This document shows positions 52,461-64,000 of a DNA stretch of 64,000 nucleotides, piece after piece. The translations under genes were made by a program, and so were the position numbers. The notes under the pieces were generated by a model. It saw nothing but the letters and a program-made list of their open reading frames with translations, searched no databases and was not told where the DNA came from. Source of the stretch: Octopus sinensis (taxonomy: Eukaryota); NCBI RefSeq assembly GCF_006345805.1, contig NC_043007.1, forward strand, positions 32,426,001 through 32,490,000, read 5' to 3'. Numbering within the stretch: position 1 is the stretch's first letter; each line of letters opens with the position of its first letter.

Positions 52461-54084
52461 ATTGTTGCTAAATATACACACACACACACACACACACACA
52501 AAAGCTGTTTTTTGGGAGAATTTTCTGAACTGATAATTAAACACAGGCCTTAAGTCTCCAAAACCATGATTTCCCATTAACCTTTTTAACATTGAGAATA
52601 CTCTGTCAAATGAAATGCTTATTTATTCATATTTTATTGAATTAACCATGCACTATCTCATGGCTTTCAGATTTTGATCGTGTGGTTGTCTATCTTTATT
52701 GTAAGGCAAGTGTGAGAGACCAGAGCTGGCTAGTTTAAATTCTATTGGGTTAATACTTAGGAGCAGTGGGACTGAACCCAGAACCATGTGGTTGGGAAGC
52801 AAGCTTCTTACCACACAGCCATACCTGCATCATGAATTTTTTTTCTTTTATATAAAATCTAAAGCTTTATAAAATCCAAACTAATACTTAAGAATCTATA
52901 AAGACATGTTATTAACAAATTTTGTGAAACACAAATACGATTGATGACCCTTTAGTATTCAGATCACTCTATCAAATGTAATTCAGACTGTATCAAATTT
53001 ATCATACATTATCCTGTATATGATATGATTGTTTATTTTTATGACATTGTAGGCTAGGTGCGAGAAGTAGGACCTGACCAGTTTGAACATAAAACAGGCA
53101 GAATATTTAGGCCAGCTATGGCCTAAATATACCTGCTAAAGGGTTAACAATTTAAATAATAGCTCCCTATTATAGTGTTCTAAATTTCTAACTTGACAAC
53201 TAGAAAAGGGTTATTTTTTTTTTTTTTGTTTAATATCCAAAATAAAAAAAATACTGTAGTAAAGAGTATGGAACTTGTCATATAGAGTCCACTGAGGATC
53301 ACTGGTATCCATATGAAACCTAGATAGGAATTTACTTGTGTAATTATGTAATTATCTTGCATTCATAACTGAATCAAAGAAACGTTTGATTAAAATATAT
53401 TTCTAAAAATTCACTGCAACACCATGGCAGACAGGCTTTCCACCATCCACAACATTCAGCAGAGTAATTCTTTAAATATGATGGTTTTATTATTAGAAAG
53501 CATGGAAGTCTCACAGATTTTTGATAGGCATGCAAAGCTAACCAAATACTCTTGATACTCTCTCTCTACTAGCTGAAGCAGAATTTGAAGTCCAAACAGC
53601 CTTCAGTTGTTGCCATGACAACAATGTCAACTAAGCAGTAACATAATTATCGGTATTAGAGTTTGAAATTGATTTCACTCCCAATTTCATTCTTCCAAGC
53701 TATTAAACTGCAATTATGTTGATACTGTGATTTTGACTTGGTGCGCTGCCTATTTCTAGCGTCATAAAAGGCCTTGTCGTAGCCAACTACTCAACAAACA
53801 TGCCGTCATTTTAGCTACCTTACAAACACGGCAGCAATTGGAAAATGTTGCTATAGGTAAAGTTGAGAGGATGCAACTTAGCAATCGTAGTTTCACGATA
53901 ACCACCAACGACAGAAACTAGCCAAGGTTGTGGGCAAAGGAAAATAACACAACACACGAAGGATAAATGTTCAGTGTGTGTGTGTGTGTGTGTGTGAATG
54001 CTTGTCACATACCCAGACCCACAATTTAAACACTTCTGTCGTTTATCAGTTAGATAAATTCTTATTTCAAATATCTAACCAATA

Positions 54085-54085
<1 letters not shown>

Positions 54086-54172
<87 letters not shown>

Positions 54173-54577
54173 TAGAGAGAATTTCTCTTTATAAACAGTC
54201 AAATATCACTTTTGATTTGAAATGGAAAGAAATGATTTGATTTTTATTAAACTAATAATATTAAATCAAATTTTTTCTTTTTGACTTTCATTATATAAAC
54301 AAAAGCTCAAAAAATTATTATTATTATCATCATTATTATTATATTATTGATGATAATGATGATGATATAATAACAATAATAATAATAATATAATAATGAT
54401 GATGATAATAATAATAATAATATAATAATGATGATGATAATAATAATAATAATATAATAATGATGATGATAATAATAATAATAGTAATATTTAATAATAA
54501 TAATAATAATAGTAATATTTAATAATAATAATAATAATAATAGTAATATTTAATAATAATAATAATAATAGTAATAT

Positions 54578-54616
<39 letters not shown>

Positions 54617-54620
54617 TTTA
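54086..54620. repeat. (GT)n tract followed by compound (AAT)n/(GAT)n minisatellite with agtaatattt-anchored units
   Basis: Direct reading. Confidence 0.9.
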
Positions 54621-56753
54621 ATAAGTGTGGCTAGAGCCTCATCTAAGAAGCCAGAAAGCAAGACTTCCACAATCTCGATACCAGCAAGCCAACAAAACCC
54701 GCCACCCACTCCTAACACTATTGCATGCAATCCAGCAGCAGCAGCAGCTATCTTTTTATTCTGTTGTGTGGTAGTTCTAGAATCAATCTTGGATCTAGAG
54801 ATTGTTCCGAAGCAGACAACAAGCACACAACATGCAGAACTGGAAAAACTTCAACAGCACAGGTTGTTTACCAGAAAACAAAGAACTGGTATTAGGAATA
54901 AACGGTAACTGCAAGAGCAGTGGTGGTGTTGTTGTTATATAGTGTTGTGTGTAGTACACAGAAGCGGTAACTTTGTTGATTGAATGAATGAATAAATCAT
55001 TATGATTGATGATTGTAGTTAATTTAAGTCAAATTCTGAAATTCACAGAATGACACCAAGTGTGCGCATTTCATACTTAGAACAAAAAATATATATATCT
55101 GCAATAGACAGGCAGAAGGGAAGAACATAGACAGACAATAAGAATACCTACTTGGGTAGAGTAGCATTGATAAAAGAGAGAGAGAGAGAGAACTACTAAA
55201 TTGTTAAAACAAAGCTGCCTAAAACTAGCTTGGAATGAAAATAAAACTAATGAAAATAAAACTAATTAACTCATATGATTAAATATCTAAAAAGAAAAAA
55301 AATCTACTAACAAAATATATGACACAGCTAATGGGTATATCTGATAATGTTATTTAATTATTATTTAGCAGTATTTTTTTTTTCCATTTGTAGATAATTT
55401 TGTATTTCTGTTATCACTATGTTAATGTAAATATTAGCAAGTTTTTTTTTTTTTAATTGATGTCTTTTATTAAAAAAAAAAATTTAATCATAGTAAATTT
55501 ATTAGCATTAAAAAAAAATTAGAGGAAGAATCATTTCAATTTTTATTTTCATTTAGTGATGGGTCTTAACCAAATTGTGGATGTTAACTTCATTCAGTGT
55601 AGAATTTTCAATGAATTTGAGGGGATGAAACGATGATGAAAATATTTAATTATTCATAAAGAAAAAAAGTAAAGAATTTCGAACTGTGAACCTTGTTTGA
55701 GGCCCAACTGATTAGTAAATGGAAGCCAGTTTGAAGCAGCCAGCAATCAATAATAACTAAAGCAATACCAAGGAGGTAGCTATTGCCAAGTGGAAATTGT
55801 GAGGCCCCACCCCAGGCCCCACCCCACTAAGTCAAGTAGCCAAGCTACTTGCAAATTTTAGTCAATAATAATTCAAACGAAATAGTCAGAGCTAACTGTT
55901 AATTGTCTTCTAGTAAATGGGTGTCGATGTGTGTGCAAACGCTTGCTCAAACACACACACACACACACACACACACAGATATATGCATGCCCGCACACAC
56001 ACACACACACACACACACAGATATATGCATGCCCGCACACACACACAATATTATTTATAGACAGAGGAAATTAGTGATAGAAGCTGCATTTAATAAATTA
56101 GAAACAAGAAATTCACTTTTATTTTACCGAAACTGCTACTGATACAACAACAGATTTTGACTATAAAAATTCCAAGTAGTGAAAGCAGAGAAAGAATTAT
56201 TCTATCCAATTTCATTAATTAAAAAGGGGAAAAAAAAAAAAAAAAAAAAAAGAAAGAAAGTTGATTTTAAAAGAATATTAAAAATTGGAAAACTGTAATC
56301 AACAGGAGTGGAATCTACCTGTCTGTAATTTATACATTGAAGTAATATATCTGTTTAATGAGAATTTTAAATATTGCACACCTTTAATTGAATGAAACTG
56401 TAAAAACACAAAATTCAATTAGGAGATATTGAATTGAATTGAAGATATCTATATACTAGCAGTACCAAGACTTCCAAGGTGGAAGAAAGGTAGTCCTCTC
56501 TGCCACAGAAAAGTGTAGTTTGTTTATTTATTGGCTTAGGAAGAAGACAATGTTGCTATGTTCTTGCAAGTCTGAATTGTTTGTTGCAAATTTATGCAAC
56601 AAACCTATGAAGAAGATTAATAATAGCGAGGAAGCAACTAGCTCAAGTTTTGAACAACATTTCATCTACAGAATTGATTATCTCTAACAAGATATAAATA
56701 TATTCTCCAACCAAACGACTGTGTTATAAACACTAAACAAAAAAAAGAAAGAC

Positions 56754-56792
<39 letters not shown>

Positions 56793-57507
56793 CAGTTTAA
56801 AAACCCAAACTTGTCAAAATTCCTACAGCTCAAATAAATCAGTATCCCTTAGGTTATTAGATAAAATGACCAATAAAAACGTGTTATATAAGAACTGTTA
56901 TCCTCCTTATCAAATAAGGTCATCTTTTATAGCCACAGGTAAAACAAGTGACGTTTACAAAACAGGATTGTCGCAAGTTCTGTCACTCAAAATAATTACT
57001 ACTGTGTTGATCTAATTGTTAGGATATAAATATCTGTTGTTTTTTATTACAACTTTAATAACTGATAAATTAATGAAATACAGGGAAATATTTATTAGAT
57101 ATTCACAACAGTGAAATTCCTGGCAAAAATTTCATTCTAGTGTACATGCACTTACTGAGAATATTTGTGGTGAAAAGGGACAAAAATTCAAATTATTCCT
57201 AATTAACATTACATGTAAATTTATCTCTGACAGAACAAACTAAAAATAATTTATACAGAACAATTTTAAAAAAAGTAATAATAAAATAGATTTATATTCC
57301 CCAGCATACAATTAAAACGAAAAGTAGAAAATGTTACAGCAACTGTATGTACTTTATTTAAATCCAATTAAATATACTACCAAAATGCTAAATTATTTCA
57401 ATAAAATTTTATAGATTTGAATTATCTGAAATAATTAAGGTAATTAAATAATAGATAGACAGGTAGGTGTTTGTCTCTGTATGTGTGCTGAGAACTTTAT
57501 CAGAATG

Positions 57508-57544
<37 letters not shown>

Positions 57545-58909
57545 CTGTTCTCAACATGGGAAAAGACTATGATAGCAGTGAAAACCTCTAGCTGAAGAAC
57601 ACTTCAATGTACGGTGTTATTCCCAGAAATGATTAAATGTGTATTTCTCTCTCCACCCATGCCCTCACCTCCTAATCCATGTATCTGCCTTCATCAAAGT
57701 AAATAGACACACAGTTTATCCACAATTCTATTTTCTAATATGTCAATACTCACACGTGCATGCACACGCATGCTTTGATTACGTTTCTCACCTAAAAACA
57801 GGCCTCAAACAGGATGAATAATAATAATAATAATAATAATAATATTTTTATTTTTTTATTATTATTAGTAGTAGTAGTAGTAGTATTAGTATTATTATTA
57901 TTATTATTATTGTTATTATTATTCATAAAGCAAAAGTCAAACATAGAATAATAATAATAAAAAATAATAATACTAATAATACTACTACTACTACTAATAA
58001 TAATAATAATAAAAATGAAAAGAATGATTTTGATTGTCAGAGGGAAAATTGTAGGTCAGCCAGTGATGTGTTGGTTTTTTGATCAGCAAACTTAGGCATT
58101 TCTCTCACTACAGGGAAGGGAGGAATAGTAGTACAGAGCCCCTCCCACTTCTAGAATGAGTGAGAAAAAAAGAAAAAAAAAAGAACCACCAACATCTTCC
58201 TATTCAGGTCAGTATGTGCCCAATAAGGAGGAGTCTCTGTTCTGAAAAGTATGATGTTTGAAACATCTCAATGGAAGGCAGCAGATGAAGTAGAGAAGTT
58301 CAAAGAGAGCCACTAAGCTGTTGTAACGAGGTACCATCGTTAACTAATATGGAAGAGGAGCAGAAGAAAAACATTCAGAAGAAAGTAAGAAACTGACATG
58401 GTCTTGTTCTGCTAGCAGACTATATACCGTTCTTTGATAGAGGGTGCGAGTACGGCAACGGCAAGGCAAGAATTTTGCTATGTGCAAAATAGAACAGGTT
58501 CTCAGTGTTGAAGAATCGTTCAAGACTGCTTGTCGCTAAGAACTTTGCTGAGTGTGCTGACTTGACAACACAAGCATGAAAGAATATGGTTTCAGACTTC
58601 TCCAAATGATCTGGGTTGGATTACATAAGCATTTTAGAAGGGAAAATTGTACTCTATGCCACTGTACACCAATCAACAAGTGGTGAGGCAAAACGGGGAT
58701 CTAGGGATTATTATTTTGGGGGACAAATTCATTTCCTCAATATCAGAATATCACTGAACACATTTTAGTTGTGAAACAAACTCAGGCTGACCAAAGCCAA
58801 ATTCAAAGAATCAAAGTGAAATTTGTTCAACATATTTTAAAATAATAATAATGATAATAATGATTATTGTTATATTTAGGGATGGTTGTTTTTCTTTCTC
58901 TTGCCAAAA

Positions 58910-58966
<57 letters not shown>

Positions 58967-58971
<5 letters not shown>

Positions 58972-59125
58972 TAAGCAATAAGGGTTTAGCAACGAATTGC
59001 CTTACCACATACCGAATTTAGAAATAGCAGTCAAAGGGAGAAGAAATAGCTATAACCTTTGACTGCTATTTCTAAATTCGGTATGTGGTAAGGCAATCGT
59101 TGCTAAACCCTTATTGCTTAGTATA
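58967..59125. repeat. Near-perfect inverted repeat of about 70 bp per arm with an 18-nt spacer, next to (TA)n
   Basis: 58967-59037 is the reverse complement of 59056-59125 except for a one-base indel. Confidence 0.9.
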
Positions 59126-59318
59126 CTTAAATTTTCCTCGAATGAGGCTTTTACATGCCGAAGACTACTTGGTGTATTGATAATTTTTTCCAATTAATTA
59201 ATTTCACCCTTCATTATTACGGATATATATATATATATATATATATTCATTCTTCATTTGGTTAGTATTCTTATTTTATCATATACTTATTGTCTGGAAA
59301 TCTTCTTTTTTTTTTTTT

Positions 59319-59435
59319 ATCACACACCTGTGACCTCTTCAGTGACCCTCCATCTCATGTCCAGCCAGAAGGACTAAACAGAATAGGAGGGGATGTGGGA
59401 TGGAAAAGTCACTGAAGTGGTCACAGGTGTGTGAT
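59319..59435 (-). other. Long hairpin, 28-bp arms with 1 mismatch, extendable by G-U pairs on the minus strand
   Basis: atcacacacctgtgacctcttcagtgac versus gtcactgaagtggtcacaggtgtgtgat. Confidence 0.8.
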
Positions 59436-60679
59436 GAAAGATTTCCTGACAATGGACAGAGAATAAAATAAGAACAATTATAAACAAGTGAAGAATGAAT
59501 ATATATATATATTGTGTTTATTTGGCAAGAAAGAAAAGAAAAATGGCCACCCTGAAATATAACAATATCTGTTTCAACACAAGATTTCACATCAGAAATC
59601 TTGCAAAACAAATTCCTAACAGGAAAAAAAATAATAACAAACTTATTGTATACAGCGCACAGGAGCACTAAAACTCACCAGGAAAAGTTAGCCAAAAGTG
59701 CATGAACAGTACAGAGAATAATGCAGTGGAGGTGGGCAGGGAAGGAGTCATTTGAAAAGAAAAATGCATACTAAATTAGAAATTGTAGAGGATACAATTA
59801 CATATCTCAGTAAACAGTAGATGTGAAAGAAGGCAAATGAATTATTAAGTACAAAGGACATGTCTTGTTAAATGTGATATGAGTTTTAAGTATCATACTT
59901 CATTATTCTATTGGAGTATGGTAATGTCTACAACTTTTGACATACCACAGTGTCTATATACATCATTACTTTATACACTCAAAACACAAGCATATGGGGG
60001 GAAAAAAGAGGGTATTAAATGACTTTATTAAATAGTTGTCATAAATACTTATTGCTTATCCCTGACTGAGAAAACCAATGACAAAAGCACAACAGTTACG
60101 ACCATCTTTTCATTTTTCAGGGACTATATTATCCAGTGTCCTTCCTTTTTTAGACAAGGTGTAATTTAAAGATTTGTCTGCTATTTTTATTCAAGCCCAA
60201 CAAACATGCAGAGCCACTCTTGTTAGCTTCGTGAGTAAAAAAGACTATGGAAGTCCGAAGTTTACAAACTGGAATATCATAACATAGAGTCAATTTTTGC
60301 TTGACTATCAAACAGAATTTTTTTTCTCTCACACAACAAAACATTTCCCAGTAAAAAAATGTATAAAGTCTGTCTCAAGAAATGATTATTTGATTTTCAT
60401 ACACCTTGGTTGAAGCATCTGCTTTTCATACATCGTGATTTCCGTTACTAAAATTACTAAAAAGGAATTATATTTGGAAAATAAATTCATCAGTCTTCTT
60501 TGTGGCATTAGGATAATTATGGTTCAGATAGACAAAATATTGCGTCAATATTGTGTGCCCATTTATTAGCAACACTGAATACGATGCTGTTTATGTTTTC
60601 TGGATAAGTTTGCAACATACTTTCCATAATTTGATAACTAGACAATTCAGAATATTGAAAAGGAAAAAAGACAAGGATG

Positions 60680-61600
60680 GTAATAGTTTCAAATTTTGGT
60701 ACGACGCCAGCCAAATTTGGAGGAGAGGGTAAGTTGATTACATCAACCCCAGCTGGTACTTACTTAATCGACCCCGAAAGGATGAAGGGCAAAGATGATC
60801 TGACTGATATTTGAACTCAGAACGTGAAGACAGACGAAATGCCGCTTAGCATTCTGCCTGGCATGCTAACAATTCTGCCAGCTCACTGCCTCAAGAAAAA
60901 CAATAATAATAATAAAAATAATGGTTTCAAATTTTGGCACAAGGCCAGCAATTTGGGGGTGGGGATAAGTCGATTACATCGACCTCAGTATTTAACAGGT
61001 ACTTATGTTATCTACCCCAGAAAGATGAAAGGCAAAGTCAGCCTTGGTGCAATTTGAACTCAGAACATAAAGACAAACTAAATGCCATTAAGCATTTTGC
61101 CAGGCATGCTAATGATTCTGCCAGCTCACCACCTTATTATAATAATAATAATCCTTTCTACTATAGGCACAAGAGCTGAAATTTCATGGGGTTGATTACA
61201 TTGACCCCAGTGCATAACTGGTACTTATTTCATCGACTCCGAAAGAATGAAAAGAAAAGTTGACCTCAGCGGAATTTGAACCCAGAACATAAAGACATAC
61301 GAAATGCTGCTACGCATTTTGTCCGGTGTGATAATGATTCTGCCTGCTCAACACCTTTTTAATAATAATAATAATTATTATTTCTACTATAGGCACAAGG
61401 CCTGAAATGTGGAGGGAGGGGGCAGTAGATAACATCCACCCCCACCCCCGTGAATCGCTGGTACTTAATTTATTGACCCCAAGAGAATGAAAGGTAAAAA
61501 TCGACCTTGGCAGTATTTGAACTCAGAATGTAGCAACAGGTGAAATACTGCTAAGCATGTCATCCAGCGTGCTAACGATTCTGCCAGCTCGATGCCTTTT
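60680..61600 (-). mobile_element. Head-to-tail array of four second-family SINEs
   Basis: Four diverged copies (about 60680, 60925, 61150, 61375), each separated by (aat)n. Confidence 0.8.
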
Positions 61601-61792
61601 TAATAACAATGATAAAATCTTTTATATGACTGTATAACTTTTCAAAGTTAAACTCCATACCAGATTCAGAATTTATGATGTGAAAGGCGGAGGGTTATTA
61701 CACTGAATCGCACTACAGAAAGTTTAGCAGAAACAGAATAATATTCATTCTTTTCTCTAACATTTAAAAATCTATATATTATCTCTATATGT

Positions 61793-62168
61793 GGAGGCGC
61801 AATGGCCCAGTGGTTAGTGCAGCGGACTCGCGGTCGTAGGATCGCGGTTTCGATTCCCAGACCGGGCGTTTTGAGTGTTTATTGAGCGAAAACACCTAAA
61901 GCTCCACGAGGCTCCGGCAGGGATGGTGGTGATCCCTGCTGTACTCTTTCACCACAACGTTCTTTCACTCTTACTTCCTGTTTCTGTTGTACCTGTATTT
62001 CAAAGGGCCGGCCTTGTCACTCTCTGTTTCACGCTGAATATCCCCGAGAACTACGTTATGGGTACACGTGTCTGTGGAGTGCTCAGCCACTTACACGTTA
62101 ATTTCACGAGCAGGCTGTTCCGTTGATCAGATCAACCGGAACCCTCGTCGTCGTAACCGACGGAGTGC
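61793..62168 (+). mobile_element. tRNA-derived SINE, full length
   Basis: Same family as 310-690. Confidence 0.85.
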
Positions 62169-63304
62169 TTCCATTTCATCTCTATATACATTTAGTGACA
62201 GTATCATGTGTGGTGTTTTAAACTGCCGCCACCCCCTTTATTACTGCTGCAGAGCATTTAGTTTCAGTCTTTACCCACCTGAAACAAATCCAATAACGCT
62301 GGCCTTCTTTATCATGCTACCAAAGTAATGATATGATTTGAAAGAAATTCAACTGACGGAGGTGTTTTCAGACAGTTTGTTGTTATGTCACACCTCAGGT
62401 TTCTGACACCTCAATGAAATAAACATGAGAAGTTTTACAGACCACGTTTTGTCACAAACTTGTAATGACAAAAGGACAGGGACACACATATTGAGAGACA
62501 TGACAATAAGAATGAAAATTTTAATTTGATGACCACCTCTACGGAATTAGAATATTTATGGGAAATAACCAAATTTACAACAAACGATTCATACTCATTG
62601 AAACAAATATAGACGCCTTGTGAAAAGTGGGGAAACTGTTAAGAATTTAGACAAACAAATCTTCAAAAATATCGCAAGACTATCTTTGATTACTAAATAG
62701 ATAAATCCTACTTTAATGTCCAACTTTCCCTTCTCCGTCTTTGAGAATGGAGAAAGATTTAATATTCAGAATCATTCAAAAATATTCAGATGAAATAATC
62801 AATAGAGACAGAATTGTCACACACACACACACAATATTCACACAAGTCTAAGCTGAGTATATATAATCTATCTTTCCCAACCATGTAGTTTTAAGTTCAA
62901 TCCCACTGTACAGCACATTGGGTAAGAGTCTTCACTAAAACCCAAAGCAAACCAAAGGTTTACAAGTGGAATTGGTAGCCAGGAATCGAGAGAAGACCCT
63001 GTGTGTGTGTGTGTGTGTGTATGTGTCCATGCACATGTTGCTCATTTTGAAAAAAGTGAAGTACAGGCCATGCTGTTGAGTGAACAAATCATCAGCTTGC
63101 GTCAATCTTTCAAAGTTGCATGAAATAAGAGATCTCTTACTTGAAAAAAAAACAACAAACAAATGAATGAAAAACAAAAACCAGGTATAGATTAGCAACA
63201 AGAAGAACATTTAGCTGTAAAACAATGCCTTCATAATGTATTCATCTAACCTTTTTCAAGAAGCAGCTGTATGACTAAAAAAAATTCAAAGCAATTTTTT
63301 ATTC

Positions 63305-63445
63305 GATCATCATCGTTTAACGTCCGTTTTCCGCGCTAGCATGGGTTGGACGGTTCGACCGGGGTCTGGGAAGCCAGGGGCTGCTCCAGGCTCCAGTCTG
63401 ATCTGGCAGAGTTTCTACGGCTGGATGCCCTTCCTAACGCCAATG
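63305..63445 (-). mobile_element. RTE-tailed short retroelement, truncated
   Basis: catcatcgtttaacgtccgttttccgcgctagcatggg...cctaacgcc. Confidence 0.75.
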
Positions 63446-64000
63446 TCGATATGTCATTCAAAAAGTCCCACAGGTCAGACGGTTGCCTATGGCCAATCTG
63501 ACCCATACAGGCATAGAAAAATGGACATAAAAATCAATGAAAAAGAACATGTTTCCGAGTTACCAAATCAAAGAGGAAGTATTTTGGTTTTGCACAACGA
63601 ATAAAAGCTTCCAGTTTTTAGATATCCAAGGATAACCCTTTAGCATTTGGATTCCTCTGTCAAAATCTAATACGGATTCACATTGTTTTGAATTAATCCT
63701 GCATTATCTGGAGCCAAGAGATTTCAATGATGTGACATTTATTTTTAGAATAACGTTGTACGGTAAGTATGAGGTTGGATCTCGCTGGTTTGACCATAAA
63801 AGAAGTAGAATATTAAGGTCGGATATGACTGGTTTGAATGCTTAACAGTTAAAGACTTTCTGTCAGTTGTTTTCTACTTAATTTAAGCAGAATACACACA
63901 TCTGCATCTTATGATAGTTCTATAAAAGATGGGAAGCCATAAGAAGTGTCCTTTTCTGAACACTGCTATAACAGTTCTGATGGAATATGATGCACAAAGC

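Noticed and set aside
54578-54908. Overlapping ORFs on both strands (93 aa and 82 aa)
   Set aside because: No convincing splice sites or family motif; one ORF runs into (AAT)n.

Overview
AT-rich eukaryotic genomic DNA, most likely Octopus (inferred from the SINE families and dense TA/AAT microsatellites). No prokaryotic features are present. The main feature is a minus-strand spliced gene. I reconstructed ten GT-AG exons by hand (51281 down to 1921; 1316 nt, about 438 codons) whose phases join without a break. The C-terminal exons resemble the DUF4211 region of the QSER1/PRR12 family, recognised from memory rather than by a database search. The gene continues beyond the exons I could find at both ends. 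It contains a tandem duplication of a three-exon, phase-2/phase-2 module: a linker ending in NFE, a WKIE...RHRAVPT exon and a 131-nt LISQGFN exon. The introns carry several distinct hammerhead-ribozyme-like motifs in Penelope-type terminal repeats beside (TA)n tracts, one of them joined to a tRNA-derived head. They also hold long hairpins, a decayed mariner transposase, RTE LINE 3' fragments, a Helitron-type element, TTAA-type MITEs and many tRNA-derived SINEs. Most supplied ORFs are artefacts of microsatellites or repeats. Repeat boundaries are approximate.
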